NCBI RefSeq assembly: GCF_000142905.1
Contig: NW_013657636.1
Coordinates: 246,992-310,991, forward strand
From: Thecamonas trahens ATCC 50062
Lineage: Eukaryota > Protista > Apusomonadida
Direction of reading: 5' to 3'
DNA length: 64,000 bases
The translations under genes and the position numbers were made by a program. This document shows positions 9,775 through 21,243 of the stretch, in pieces; the stretch's first letter is position 1; each line of letters begins with the position of its first letter. The notes under the pieces are model-generated. The model did not search any database, had not been told where the DNA came from, and saw only the letters and a program-made list of their open reading frames with translations.

Positions 9775-12504
9775 CTACTGGATAGCACAGCAGGCCTTTG
9801 CGGCGGCGGCCATGTCGCCCTTGGCCAAGGCCTTGTTGACGGCGTCGAGGTCCATGTTCTGAGCCCACTTGTAGCGCTTCTTGAGCTGGTTGGCGATGGC
9901 AATGATCTCGGGCGAGACGATGCCTGGGTCGTCGGGCGGGACCTCGGTCCGGCCCATCGACGGGCCGGACGACGACGAGTCGTCAAAGTCGTCGCCACCC
10001 ACAACAGGGCCGGTCGGCGCAAGCGCGCCAGGGTCGCCGACGCCTGCGGGCGCGGCCGGGCGCGGTGGCAGCGGCTGGAGGCCCTCAGTCGAGGTCACCT
10101 CGAGGTCGTCGCGGCAGTAGATGGAGACAAAGTAGTCGCCCTCCTGGCCGGCCTCAAAGGTGAACGGCAGCATGGCGTACGAGCCTGGTGCAAGCGTCGC
10201 CTCCATGACCGCCTCGCGCATGTTGGAGATGGGTGACTGGAGGACAGGCTTGCGGTACGAGGTCACCCGCGAGCCGTCGCACTTGAAGAGACAGAACCCG
10301 ATGTACATGTCGTTGCGGCCAGTCTGCCGCGGGTCGCGGATTTGCAGCGAGAGAATGACTTCGGCCTCGGCTTCGAGCGTGATGATAAACTGGTGGTTGT
10401 TGGTCCACGTCGAGTGGTTGCAGCATCCGCCGGCGTTCGAGCCGGCCCACCTGGTCTTGTACAGGTACTGGTTCCACGTGTCGTCGAGCAGACGGACAAC
10501 GTAAATCTTAGAATACTGCTGCACAAAGTCGTCGTAGCTGATCCAGAACACGCCATCGTCGGCCTCGACCATGTTCAGCTCCTGCTTGAGCGCCGGGGTC
10601 CACTCGGACGAGTCGTCCGACCACGCGCCCTTCCACTCGGAGCAGCCCCACGGGTTGCGGCACTTGATGAGCTGGTCGCCACTCGAGGTGACCACCACGT
10701 CGAGAATGCCGTACGCGTGACCCTGCAGGATGCCCTGCCCAGTGTCAACCTCGCGCGCACCCGACGTCGCCCGCGCACAGCCCATCAGGTACTGGCCCGA
10801 CGACTGGTTGTACATCAGCTGGTCCCAGAACGCGCCCGACGCCACGTCGTCGGAAATGTCCTCAAAGTTGATCGTCCGCGGCACGCCGCCGGTCATGTCG
10901 ACCAGCGCGTCGGTCACCCATCCGCCGATGAGGGCCGAGTACGACGAGTGGAGCTTGGCATACGCCTTTTCGATCATCGAGACCCAGACCTCGTCCGGAT
11001 CCTTGCCCGATGCAAACAACGGGCCGTTGTTGCCCACCGGCACCCGGTCGTCGATCACCACATCGTGCCACTCGCCAAACTTGAAGAACCGAAAGGCAAA
11101 CTTGCCCGAGTCGATCCCGCTCACCCCGTAGTCCTCCGGCAGCACAAGCCGGAGCAGGTCCGGTCGGCATGCTACAACCGAGAGCCCGCCGAGGAACCAG
11201 CAGTCGCCGAGCGCGCCCTGGCACACATCACCGGCCTCGATGCCGTCGCGGAGGAACGCCGGCGACGGCGCGTACTCCTTTGGCCGCATAAACGCCACCC
11301 GACCTCCCTGTTCTACCCTCCTCTCCCGGCAGCCAGCCATACGAAAGTGAGTCCTTGCCTAGCCAGCATTGATGGTATGATTGCGTGTCACAATAACCGT
11401 GGCATCAATCGTGGCATTAATTGTGGCACTAATCGTGGCATTAATCGTGCCATCAATCGTGCCATCAATCGTGCCATCAATCGTGCCATCAATCGTGCCA
11501 TCAATCGTGCCATCAATCGTGCCATCAATCGTGCCATCAATCGTGCCATCAATCGTGCCATCAATCGTGCCATCAATCGTGCCATCAATCGTGCCATCAA
11601 TCGTGCCATCAATCGTGCCATAAATTACAGCATTTGTTCGTTGGCTCACCATGGTGCCTCATGGCTCCATTTGTTCGTTGCCCCAATCATCAATGAACCA
11701 ANNNNNNNNNNNNNNNNNNNNNNNNNNNNNNNNNNNNNNNNNNNNNNNNNNNNNNNNNNNNNNNNNNNNNNNNNNNNNNNNNNNNNNNNNNNNNNNNNNN
11801 NNNNNNNNNNNNNNNNNNNNNNNNNNNNNNNNNNNNNNNNNNNNNNNNNNNNNNNNNNNNNNNNNNNNNNNNNNNNNNNNNNNNNNNNNNNNNNNNNNNN
11901 NNNNNNNNNNNNNNNNNNNNNNNNNNNNNNNNNNNNNGATGCCGTCGCGGAGGAACGCCGGCGACGGCGCGTACTCCTTTGGCCGCATAAACGCCACCCG
12001 ACCTCCCTGTTCTACCCTCCTCTCCCGGCAGCCAGCCATACGAAAGTGAGTCCTTGCCTAGCCAGCATTGATGGTATGATTGCGTGTCACAATAACCGTG
12101 GCATCAATCGTGGCATTAATCGTGGCACTAATCGTGCCGTCAATCGTGCCATCAATCGTGCCATCAATCGTGCCATCAATCGTGCCATAAATTACAGCAT
12201 TTGTTCGTTGGCTCACCATGGTGCCTCATGGCTCCATTTGTTCGTTGACCCCATCATCAATGAACCAACATGATCGTTTGCCATTCGTTTGCGTTGCCAT
12301 GTCTGTCTCGCCCCCCCCACCACCCACCCCACCCACCCACTGGACGTACCATTCCAGGCCTCTGCACCAATACTGGTCTGCCCAGGAGGGAACTCATTGT
12401 CCTCGTATGTCGCAGACTGTACACCCCTCCCCACATAAGTGCTCCATTCCCTCCCTTAACCCTCCGCACTCAGCCCAGATACCCCCTCTCCGTCACCGTA
12501 CCAT
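9775..12504 (-). CDS. Calpain (CysPc + C2-like domain III) with a C-terminal CaaX box
   Basis: The catalytic triad motifs are QGALGDCWFL, GHAY and RNPWG. Other matches are IEKAYAKLH and domain III W.GSNAGGC.N..TW.NN.QF, and the protein ends ACCAIQ*. Upstream exons are ATG|GTACGG (12504-12502) and SATYEDNEFPP (~12416-12350). Confidence 0.92.
11397..11622. repeat. 12-bp tandem repeat (AATCGTGCCATC), about 18 copies, in a calpain intron
   Basis: Directly visible; a shorter array recurs at ~12096-12190. Confidence 0.95.
11702..11937. other. Assembly gap flanked by duplicated sequence
   Basis: Ns; 11239-11701 is repeated at 11938-12269. Confidence 0.97.
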
Positions 12505-12782
12505 GGCGAATACGATAGTCAAGTGACCTCGACGGTGGCAGTCGGCCCGATTCCCGTCCCGCACTTCCCGCCTCCTGCCGCACGACACACGCTCCCCATT
12601 CAGGCGATGAATGAGGTAGGGCGGAGAGGGGCAGGTAGTGCAGCATGGAGGCTAGTCATGGAAAGAGCAGAGTGTGGGCAAGGTATTGAGCTGGATGATG
12701 GGGAGGAAATGGTGGCTAATCGCGACGGCTAATCGCGACGGCCATCGCCTGGTGGGCGCGGAGCAGGAGGATGTCCGCGGCT

Positions 12783-14087
12783 TCATTGGTAGCCACCGCG
12801 GCGATCGCGGTGATTGTGGCGGCGCGAGGCCAACGGGGACGCTGTGGGTGGGTCCTTACTTGGCACGCGGCGGCGGCGGCGGCGGCGGGTCGAAGAAGGC
12901 GGCGTTGAGGCCGGCGCCGACGACGACGATGGGAACATCCAGGTGATGGGCGAGAGGACGGCCGACCAGAAGCCGCCCTCGGGCTCGACAACAACCGGGA
13001 TCGGCGAATCGCGGTGCGACGGCGATGGTGACGACGAGGACGCTGAGCGCGCAGCATGTGGCGGTGGCGGCGACGGGCCAGCTGAGTGATTTGTCGCTGC
13101 CGCCGCGGTAGCAGCAGCCTCGGCACGCCGCTGGCGAACAAGCTCCTGCAACTCGACGACCTCTTGTTCGAGCTTGGCACGGGCAGCCTTGCGCGCGGCA
13201 AGCGCCACCTCGAGCGTCGTCAGCGACGACGAGGACGCGTCCGACAGCCGCCGCGACGGGCGCGACTCTGGCGACGAAGATGACGACGACGTCGATGACG
13301 ATGACGAGCTCGGTGGTCCGATGCCATACGCCCGCGGCAGGACTGGATCGTCGACCAGAGGCGGCAAGCTCGGCGGATGCTCGTCCTCGTTCTCAGCAAG
13401 CTCTTCCTCGGATCTGTCATCCACCACAGCTTCACCCGGCACCGCCCGACGGCGACTCCGACGACGCGTCTTGCCCTTGCCCTTGCCCTTGCCCTTGCCC
13501 TTGCCCGCCTGTTTCTTCCTACCACTCTCACCACTTCCACCATGCGAGCCATGGCCACCATCACCACGAGTCGCATCAGAGACAGCATCGCCAACAGCAG
13601 TCGAGCCAGAGCAAACTGTCACCTCTCCGCGCACCTCGCCGATCTTGTTGCTGCCATCACGACTGCAGTCGTGGTGGTGGTCGCGGTCGCAGCTACGGCT
13701 ACGGTTGCGATTGCGATTGCGATTGTGGTTGCGGTTGTGGTTGCGGCCATCGTCATCACGTTGGCTGTCTGCGGTGAGGGCGTCGAGCCAATGCGGACCA
13801 ACAACCGACTCGAGAGCAACGACATACTTATGCATGGCTTCAACAGGAGACATACTTCCCAGAGCAGACCATGTGTCATACTTTGCTCGGGCCACCACAT
13901 CCCATCTCCATGGACCGGCCTCCTTACATGGGCCCTCTTCGACCTGCTTCCGGGTGGCGTAGAGGACAAGCCAGGTACTCTGCGAGTCGGACGACGAGAG
14001 CTGTGCCATGGCCTGTTGGAACTCTTCGCTCTCTTCCACATACCGCACCGCATGGTGGTACTTGTCGGGGTATGGTACTCCGGACAT
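12783..14087 (-). CDS. Acyl-CoA-binding domain protein with a low-complexity linker and short coiled coil
   Basis: The ACB motif reads LYATRKQVEEGPC....P..WDVVARAKYDTW..LGSMS..EAMHKYV. The true stop may be at 12856 if one C is missing at ~12888. Confidence 0.85.
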   Translation of the reverse strand: MSGVPYPDKYHHAVRYVEESEEFQQAMAQLSSSDSQSTWLVLYATRKQVEEGPCKEAGPWRWDVVARAKYDTWSALGSMSPVEAMHKYVVALESVVGPHWLDALTADSQRDDDGRNHNRNHNRNRNRNRSRSCDRDHHHDCSRDGSNKIGEVRGEVTVCSGSTAVGDAVSDATRGDGGHGSHGGSGESGRKKQAGKGKGKGKGKGKTRRRSRRRAVPGEAVVDDRSEEELAENEDEHPPSLPPLVDDPVLPRAYGIGPPSSSSSSTSSSSSSPESRPSRRLSDASSSSLTTLEVALAARKAARAKLEQEVVELQELVRQRRAEAAATAAAATNHSAGPSPPPPHAARSASSSSPSPSHRDSPIPVVVEPEGGFWSAVLSPITWMFPSSSSAPASTPPSSTRRRRRRRVPSKDPPTASPLASRRHNHRDRRGGYQ

Positions 14088-14255
14088 GGCTTATGTGTCG
14101 ATGCGTGGGTCAGGGAGGAGCGGGGGGGGTGCGGGTGGGTGGGGGGGGGGGGGGGGGGGGGTCGGAGTGGAGTCGTCGGGCCTGCTGTCGAGTCGGCCGA
14201 TTGCCGTGGTTGGACGACACGTGGCGTAGAGGTGACATGTCTGGAGCCGTTTTGT

Positions 14256-16954
14256 TTACACAGCAGAATCCGATGCGGGCGCGGGTGCGGGTGCGGGTGC
14301 TGGGGTGGCGCCGTATGAGGTAGTGCCTTTTGCGCCATTCCCGGCTGCGCTATCGCCCATGAGCGGGACGCTGTCAAAGTCGGGGTTGGCAGCAGACTTG
14401 GAGCTAGCGCCGGTGGCGTTGGCGGCCCGCTTGCGGACGAGGACAACAACGAGGACCGCGATGATGATGAGGAGGACGACGACCGTCGAGACGCTGCCAG
14501 CCACAATGGCGGTGGTGTGGTCGTCCTTGGGTGATGGGAGGTACCGGACCGGCGTCGGCGGCGGCGGGGGGACGGCGGCGGCGGCGACGGTGGCGGCGGA
14601 GGAGGAGGCGACGGTGGCGGTGGCGGCGACGGCGGCGGCGGAGCAAAGCCGTACATCGCGGAAAAGGTATCGCCGGACTGGGCCACTACGTCCGGGATTC
14701 CGTCGCCGTTGATGTCGTCGATTGCAACACGTTGTGCGGCCGGCGCCAGCAGCTGCTGCGCCGCGTCGCGGACCCAGACAAGGCCGGCGTCGGTCCGCGC
14801 CACCACTCCGTCGTTGACCGTCGACGGCGTGGCTGACGGAACAGTGACGAGCGCGCGAACTCCCGCCAGAGACAAATGGACTGTGGGCATTGCCCAGCCT
14901 GACTCGCCAGCCAGCTGCGTCACAATCCACAGCGTGTCGTTGCCGGGTCCGGGCGAGGTCGCGAACATGATCGCAGGCAGAGCGCCGCTGGCGTCGGGAT
15001 CAAAGTACCCGACCGTGACCGCGACAATGTCATCGGCCATTGTCACCACCGTCTGCGGCGCATAGTCGTTCGCTGCCGCGATGCGCCAAACCCGTGGCGT
15101 GGTTGTTCCGTTGGTCACGTCAGCGCCATAGACAAGGAGCGAGTTTGCCGGTGGCGGCGGCGCGGCCGCACCAAACACAGCCCGCGCAGCACTCGCATCT
15201 GACGCGGTCGTGCTGAGGTCGGCGGCCACGGCGCCGCCCAGCATGGCGGGCGTGAGCAGCGTGCGCGAGGTCGCAAATGTGCCGTCGCCCGAGTTGAAAA
15301 AGACAAAGGCCTGCGTGGTTGATGTAGCCAACACATCAAGCCGTCCGCTGGCTGACAACTCTGCCGTTCCTAGCCATGACGCCGCGAGGAGCGTTGAGAA
15401 CGGCGAGTACACCCCGGCATCGTTGAGTACGCCCGTCGTTGTCGGCGTCGTCGTTGACAGTACAATGTCGGCGTCGGGCTCGACACTGCCGCGGGTCAGG
15501 GCCTCAATCGAGTGGGAACCCGGAAGCATGACAGGCGAGCCACACGCCCAGACACCGCCCGAACTCGGGCCGCAAGTCGAGACGGCAGCACCTGAGCCAA
15601 TGACTAGCGACGCAGACGTAGCGAGGCTGGCGCCCTCGAGCGAGAAGGCACCAACCATCGACGCCACCGTCAGTAGAGTCTCCGGAGGACCGTACGAGAC
15701 AGGGGTCCGCGGCGGCGGGAGCGGCGACGGCGGCGGCGACGGCGGCGGTGGTGGCGACGGTGGAGGAGGGGGTGGCGACGGTGGAGGCGGAGGTGGCGGC
15801 GACGGCGGCGGCGGCGGCGGTGGCATGAGCAACTGGCCGGCAAAGCCATAGAGGTTGATCCGCGACGAGGCGACAACATCGTCCAGCCCGTCGCCGTCGA
15901 CGTCGGTGGTGAACACGTTGACGAGCGGAAAGCCGCCAGTGGCTCGCGTTCCGCTCATCCACATGGCGCTGTCGCCGATGCGGGTGAGCCAGTGGAGCGC
16001 CGACTGAGTGCCGACGATGATGAGGTCCGATGGCTCGGCGGCAATCGTGGTGAGCGACGCCGGGTTCGATGCTGCCGTGAAGATCTTCGTCGGCGTGCCC
16101 CACACGCCGGGCGCGGTGCGGTTGAGCACGTAGAGCGCGTTGGTGCCAGTGGTGGAGAAGACAAGGTCGGCGCCGGGACCAAAGCCGCCAAAATTGCCCG
16201 CAGCAAAGGCGGTGGTGATCAGCGAGCTGTCCTGCGCTTCAGCAATCATGACCGTGGTAAAGGTGCCGTCGCCGTTGGCCACTGCGGTCCAAATACCATC
16301 ATGCCCGCTGCCTGTCACGCCAGCAAAGACGACGTCGTCCAAGGTATCATCCGAGATGCGGGCAACCAGACACGGGGTGCGGATGGCCGTCGAGGTGTAG
16401 ACAATTCGCTGGAGCGGGAACGATCCACCGCCCTCGTTGACAAAGACCAGGACCTCGGTCGCCGTCGCCGCCACAAGATCGACTTCGGTGCCGGTGGTAA
16501 AGACGCCCGAGGCGAGCCACTTTGCGTTCAGCGAGGCCGAGAACTGGGCGTAATCAAAGGTTCCGTTGGCGTACACGTTCTTCAGCACACCCGCGTTGGG
16601 CATCGAGGTGGAGACGGCGAGGTCGGCGACAAGCGCCGACTGATTAACAAATCGACCGCTGGCCACAGCACCAAAGTTGCCACCACTGCTAGAGTAGACG
16701 CGTGGGCAGGCCCAGGATACCAGCAGCGAGCCTTCGTTCCTGCACACATACGTGCCACCGGTGCGAACAAGGGTGAAATCAGGCCGTCCGCTGCCGTAGA
16801 TGGGGCCCATGGCGACGGAGCCCTGAAAATTGTCTTCGCCAGACGTTGCCCAGAGGGTGCGGATGGTGCCGAAGCTGTTGGGCGTTGCCGCCTCTGCAGT
16901 CAGAACAGCATAAGCCACAGCAACCACAACCACCACAATGTATGCGTGAAGCAT
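14256..16954 (-). CDS. Type I membrane protein with two FG-GAP/VCBS-like repeat regions, Ser-Pro(n) linkers, a TM helix and a short tail
   Basis: The signal peptide is MLHAYIVVVVVAVAYAVLTAEA. Repeats include DVDGDGLDDVV, DINGDGIPDVV, FFNSGDGTF and ANGDGTF. The TM segment AIVAGSVSTVVVLLIIIAVLVVVLV-RKR is reached by a -1 shift at the G6 run 14566-14571. Confidence 0.8.
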
Positions 16955-18051
16955 AGCCTTGTTTGTTGTGGAGAGAGCGGTGTGCCGGCCTTTCCAATGC
17001 CCAGCAGAGTGTGGTACAGGTGGCCTGGCGTCCGCATGTGGATGGATGACATGCCGTTCTCTTTCCTTTTTTGGTTTCTTCCCGCACGTGCGACACGAAT
17101 GATGGCCGAAACGTGTTGAAGATACGCTTCGATGATGGTTAGTAAGAAGAGTCGCCATTGCGCCAAGGCGTGAGCCACTCCGAGTGACTGGCCATGGTGG
17201 ACTCGATGCTTTTGAGCACGCTCTTGGCATCGCTCCTTTTCTTCTTGCGGCTCGCAACCTCCTAGTACATGGCTCCGACAGTGAAGCCCGAGCCGCATAC
17301 GGTCGAGATGAAGGACGCCCGCTGCAAGATTTCCTTCTCGGCCGGGACTCGCAGGCCGACGAGGGCGAATACGCCGCCCGGATGCCGCCGCCGGAGCCTG
17401 CAATACCGATAGGCATTTCAAACTTGACAGGCGGGCTGTCGTGTCCGTCCGAATCTGGCACTCCGCTGCCATGACAGCCAGCTGTGCCATTGCCCCTTTC
17501 GGCCCTTTGCCATTGCCGCTGGTAGCCAAGAACAACTGAAGCCCGCCCGTTTGCCAGCCTCTCCGGACGAGATACATGCCAGTGTGTGCCTTTCTGGCTA
17601 TCTGTTAGCACCTTGAGCGCCTGCTGTGTGTTGTTGCTTCCATGACAAGGCAAGTGATGCGGGATGTGTAGCTAGCCTTCCAAACCTCCTTGCGTGCGCG
17701 TGTTCCTATTTTCCGGGGGAAAGCGAGAGGGTAACTGCCAGTCGCGCCAGGTACTGCAACGCAGGGGCTGCACAGGGACAAAGCAGCCACCCTCCGGCCT
17801 TGGGCACCACACCATAAGGGAGGGAGGGGGGAGGTAGTACTAGTTCGAAAAGCGTGTCCTGTTGTAGCCTTCTGTATGGCAGTGGAGGGGGGAGGGGGAA
17901 GGGGGGTCACTTTAAGGCACGTGCGGCCGACTCCCGAAGAAATCACAGGAGACTGCGAAACATTTTGGGTTGGAAACAGACACACCGATTGGACCCACAC
18001 CTCACTCGCACGCACTCTTTGTCTCAACGAGAAACGTCCAAGAACGAAATC

Positions 18052-18997
18052 ATGCCGGCGGTACGGCACATCTACTGGTGCTTCGGGCAGTGGAAGGGGA
18101 GGGGGGAAGGGGGGGGGACTCATTGGGTAGTGATGCGCGGAGCAGAAAAATGATTCATCAACTTCGTCATCGACCACCAGCGGGCCTATCGAAAAGCAGA
18201 CGCTGCAGGCTGGAGTGGAGCGGTTCTTTTCGATCACCGAGGCCTTTGTGTCCTCCTCGATTGTGGCCGAGATCATGGCGGTCTCTGAGGGCGGCGAGAA
18301 TGGGGAGTTTCTGCGCGTCGCTGGCTTTGTCTTTTTTGTCATCGCCTGGTCCCTCCAGACTCTGACCCTGCTGCACAATCTGGCGCGGACGCACAACCTC
18401 CGGTCCGCCATGCGGTTCCTCAGCGCCAAGTCATCGTCGCCGGCAGGCTATACGGTGTTCAAGCAGAACGGCATGGGATCGGTTGAGCGTGTCGTCACCA
18501 TCACTGACGAATGGGGCAAGATGCTGGAGAAGGAGGCGGACGACGATTATTTCTTTGGCGTTAAGTTTGACGTCAAGTCAATTCTGGGCATCATCGTTCA
18601 TGTCGCTCTCCTTATTGTTGGCATTCTCTGCTTCCGTGGTGAGCTGGTTGTCGAGAAAATCACCGACGCCTTTGTGCTCATCATTCTGCCCATCTTTGGC
18701 GAGCTGCTCACCGCGTCGGACCTGTGGCACAAGGAGGAGAAGGCTAAGGCCGTCGGCGGCTTGCTTGGCTCTGACGTTGTCGAGAACCTCTTTGCTGAGC
18801 GCAAGTTCCAAGGCCTTGAGGCGTTCGTACGCGCTGCCAAGAACGTGTGTAACGATCTGGGGGATGAGGCTAACACCGAGGATGTCCTTGCCTCATACGA
18901 TATTCATCTGAGCCCGCCGACGTTGGACCCGGACTTGGAGTCGTCGTCATACACCTCCGACTATACCGAGTATTTGGAAAGCAGCTCTTCGTCCTAG
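18052..18997 (+). CDS. Multi-pass membrane protein of unknown function
   Basis: Exon MPA plus a phase-0 intron (18061-18145) joins the ORF. It has about 3-4 hydrophobic segments and coding-like codon usage. Confidence 0.7.
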
Positions 18998-19117
18998 TAG
19001 CCGCGATCTGATGTGCTCGAACGCCTTGTCATTTTCATCGTCGATAAAGCTTTCATGCTGCGGCAGAGAGGAGCTCCAAACCTGATTCTTTTTTGCTCTC
19101 AGAGTTCTCCTCTCAGA

Positions 19118-19376
19118 ACGACGAGCTCGCGCTGCAGCTTGAGCATAGCCCATCTACACCAGCTGTCTCCCATCCCCTGGCTGTAGCGGGCACCAGGGGG
19201 CCGTGCCGTCGCTTTCTCCCACCGTCAACATCTCCGACATGGACAATGTGGGAAATGTGACCTTGTGACGAAAATTGTTGATCGTCTTCGTGCAAAACGA
19301 CGACGAGCTCGCGCTGCAGCTTGAGCATAGCCTATCTACACCAGCTGTCTCCCATCCCCTGGCTGTAGCGGGCACC
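19118..19376. repeat. Near-perfect ~77-bp direct repeat (19118-19194 and 19300-19376)
   Basis: ACGACGAGCTCGCGCTGCAGCTTGAGCATAGCC..GGCTGTAGCGGGCACC occurs twice. Confidence 0.9.
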
Positions 19377-19705
19377 CCCCAGCCATTGATTTCTCCATGA
19401 GCAGCCAGCCTCCTCGGTCCGATCCGATCATCGCCACCTCCAGCCCCCCCCTCAACCCCCAATCTCCCAGTCGGACGACCATACCGACGACCACACGCCG
19501 AACACTGTGCGCCGCGATTGGCAACCTTTGCCTCCGATCAGCCAGCAGGCAAAGCCCGGGCTGTACCAACAAGAGTTTTGGCGATGGCAACGGGATGGGA
19601 TGAGCGAGAGCAAGGGCGAGAGCGAGAGCGAGAGCGACGTCGAGATCGAGGGGCGGAGCGACGGCACCAGCGACGGTGACTTGGCACTTGTCTGCGACTT
19701 GCGCC

Positions 19706-19979
19706 ATGTCCAAGACCAGCCGGCTTGCGCTCCCTGCGTATGCAAGCTCGACACAGACGACCCGTACAGTGGACACACGTGTGGTTGTTCCCGGTGAGGT
19801 CATTCTCCCACACGACGGCTTCCTTCGGTACGTGCGCCCTTGGCTCATGGTGGTGTGGCGAGATGGGCGGGATGGGGGGGAGAGGGCGGGGGAGGGGGAG
19901 GGGGGGGGGGGGTAGGGGGTGGGGTGAGCAATGCCGTTACTTATATGTATGTGTGTCTGTGTGTATGTGTATGTGTATA

Positions 19980-20054
<75 letters not shown>

Positions 20055-21196
20055 GTGTTCGCTGCCTCTCCGTCTCTCTCTGTGTTCGCTGCCTCTCCGT
20101 CTCTCTCTGTGTTCGCTGCCTCTCCGTCTCTCTCTGTGTTTGCTGCCTCTCTGCCTCGCTGTCGCTCCGTCCGCCGCCCTATTTGTCCCTCTACTTGGGG
20201 ATGTGGTGGCTGCTCCTTCTCCTTCTTGTGATCATCGGTGAGGTCTGCTTTTGCTATGGCTGTTTTGCATCATCACGGTCATCATGCGGCTCATGATGTT
20301 TACCCCGGCTACAACGTGACGACAGTGGCCACGGCACATACCCCAAAGACGGCATGCTGTGTGCGACGGTGGCGGGCATGGTGACACAGGTCAACAAGCT
20401 AATCTCGGTCGTTCCGCTCAAGTCGCGGTTTGTGGCGCGTATTGGCGACGTGGTGGTGGGCCGCATTGTCGAGGTGGCGCACAAGCGGTGGAAGGTCGAC
20501 GTGCAGTCGCAGCAGGACGCGGTGCTGATGCTGTCGTCGATCAACATTCCGGGATCAACACAGCGCCGACGGTCGGCGGCGGACGAGCTGCTCATGCGGT
20601 CGTTCTTTGCAGAGGGCGACCTCATTTCGGCAGAGGTCCAATCGCTGTATGCGGATGGTGGGTGCTCGCTGGCTACGCGCTCGTCAAAGTACGGCAAGCT
20701 CGTCGACGGCCTGCTTGTGGCGGTCAACCCTTCGCTGATGAAGCGGACGGCCTCGCATTTCCACTCGTTCCCCTGCGGCATCGACGCCATCTTTGGCTTT
20801 AACGGCTACATCTGGCTCACGCCGTCGCCGCCCGAGGCTGAGGGCGACGACGTGGCGAGCGCCTCGGCCACGGGCGCCATTCCCTCGTCGATGAACGACG
20901 TGTCGACGGCGGCGGCGGACACCGGCCCGCCGTTCAAGTCGGTCCCGCTCGATGCGCGCAAGGCCATTGTCCGCCTCCGCAACGCCATTGTGGCGCTCGA
21001 CAGCGTCTTTATCGCCATCTATGCCGACTCGGTGTGGGAGGCGTACCAGGCCTCGCTCGAGCTGGAGCTGGACTTGCCGGACATGCTCCACGCGTCGAAC
21101 ATGGAGGCCGTGACGGCGCGGGTCCGCGAGGTGCACGACGAGGCCATGGCCGCTGCGGTGGTGCCGGGGGTCGAGGCCGGGCCTAGCAGCGCGTGA
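19706..21196 (+). CDS. RRP4: Exosome complex component Rrp4 (EXOSC2)
   Basis: VVVPGEVI..DGFLR|GHGTY is joined across intron 19828-20325. Further matches are VNKLISVVPLKSR, GDVVVGRI, EGDLISAEVQ, RSSKYGKL and FGFNGYIW. Confidence 0.95.
19945..20155. repeat. Compound microsatellite (GT, CTGT, CT) plus a ~29-bp tandem unit in the RRP4 intron
   Basis: Directly visible. Confidence 0.9.
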
Positions 21197-21243
21197 GACG
21201 GCCCACGTCACAGCGTGGATGCGTTTAGCCAGCTGGGAACACA

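Noticed and set aside
11397-11622. ORFs such as (RAIN)n, (GTID)n and (MARL)n
   Set aside because: These are translations of an intronic 12-bp minisatellite.
14256-16954. Bona fide integrin alpha
   Set aside because: No thigh/calf domains were recognised and there is no GFFKR motif.
13619-17653. 1344-aa ORF taken as one protein overlapping the ACBP gene
   Set aside because: The real start is probably the signal-peptide Met at 16954, and the C-terminal run-on results from the frame break at ~14568.
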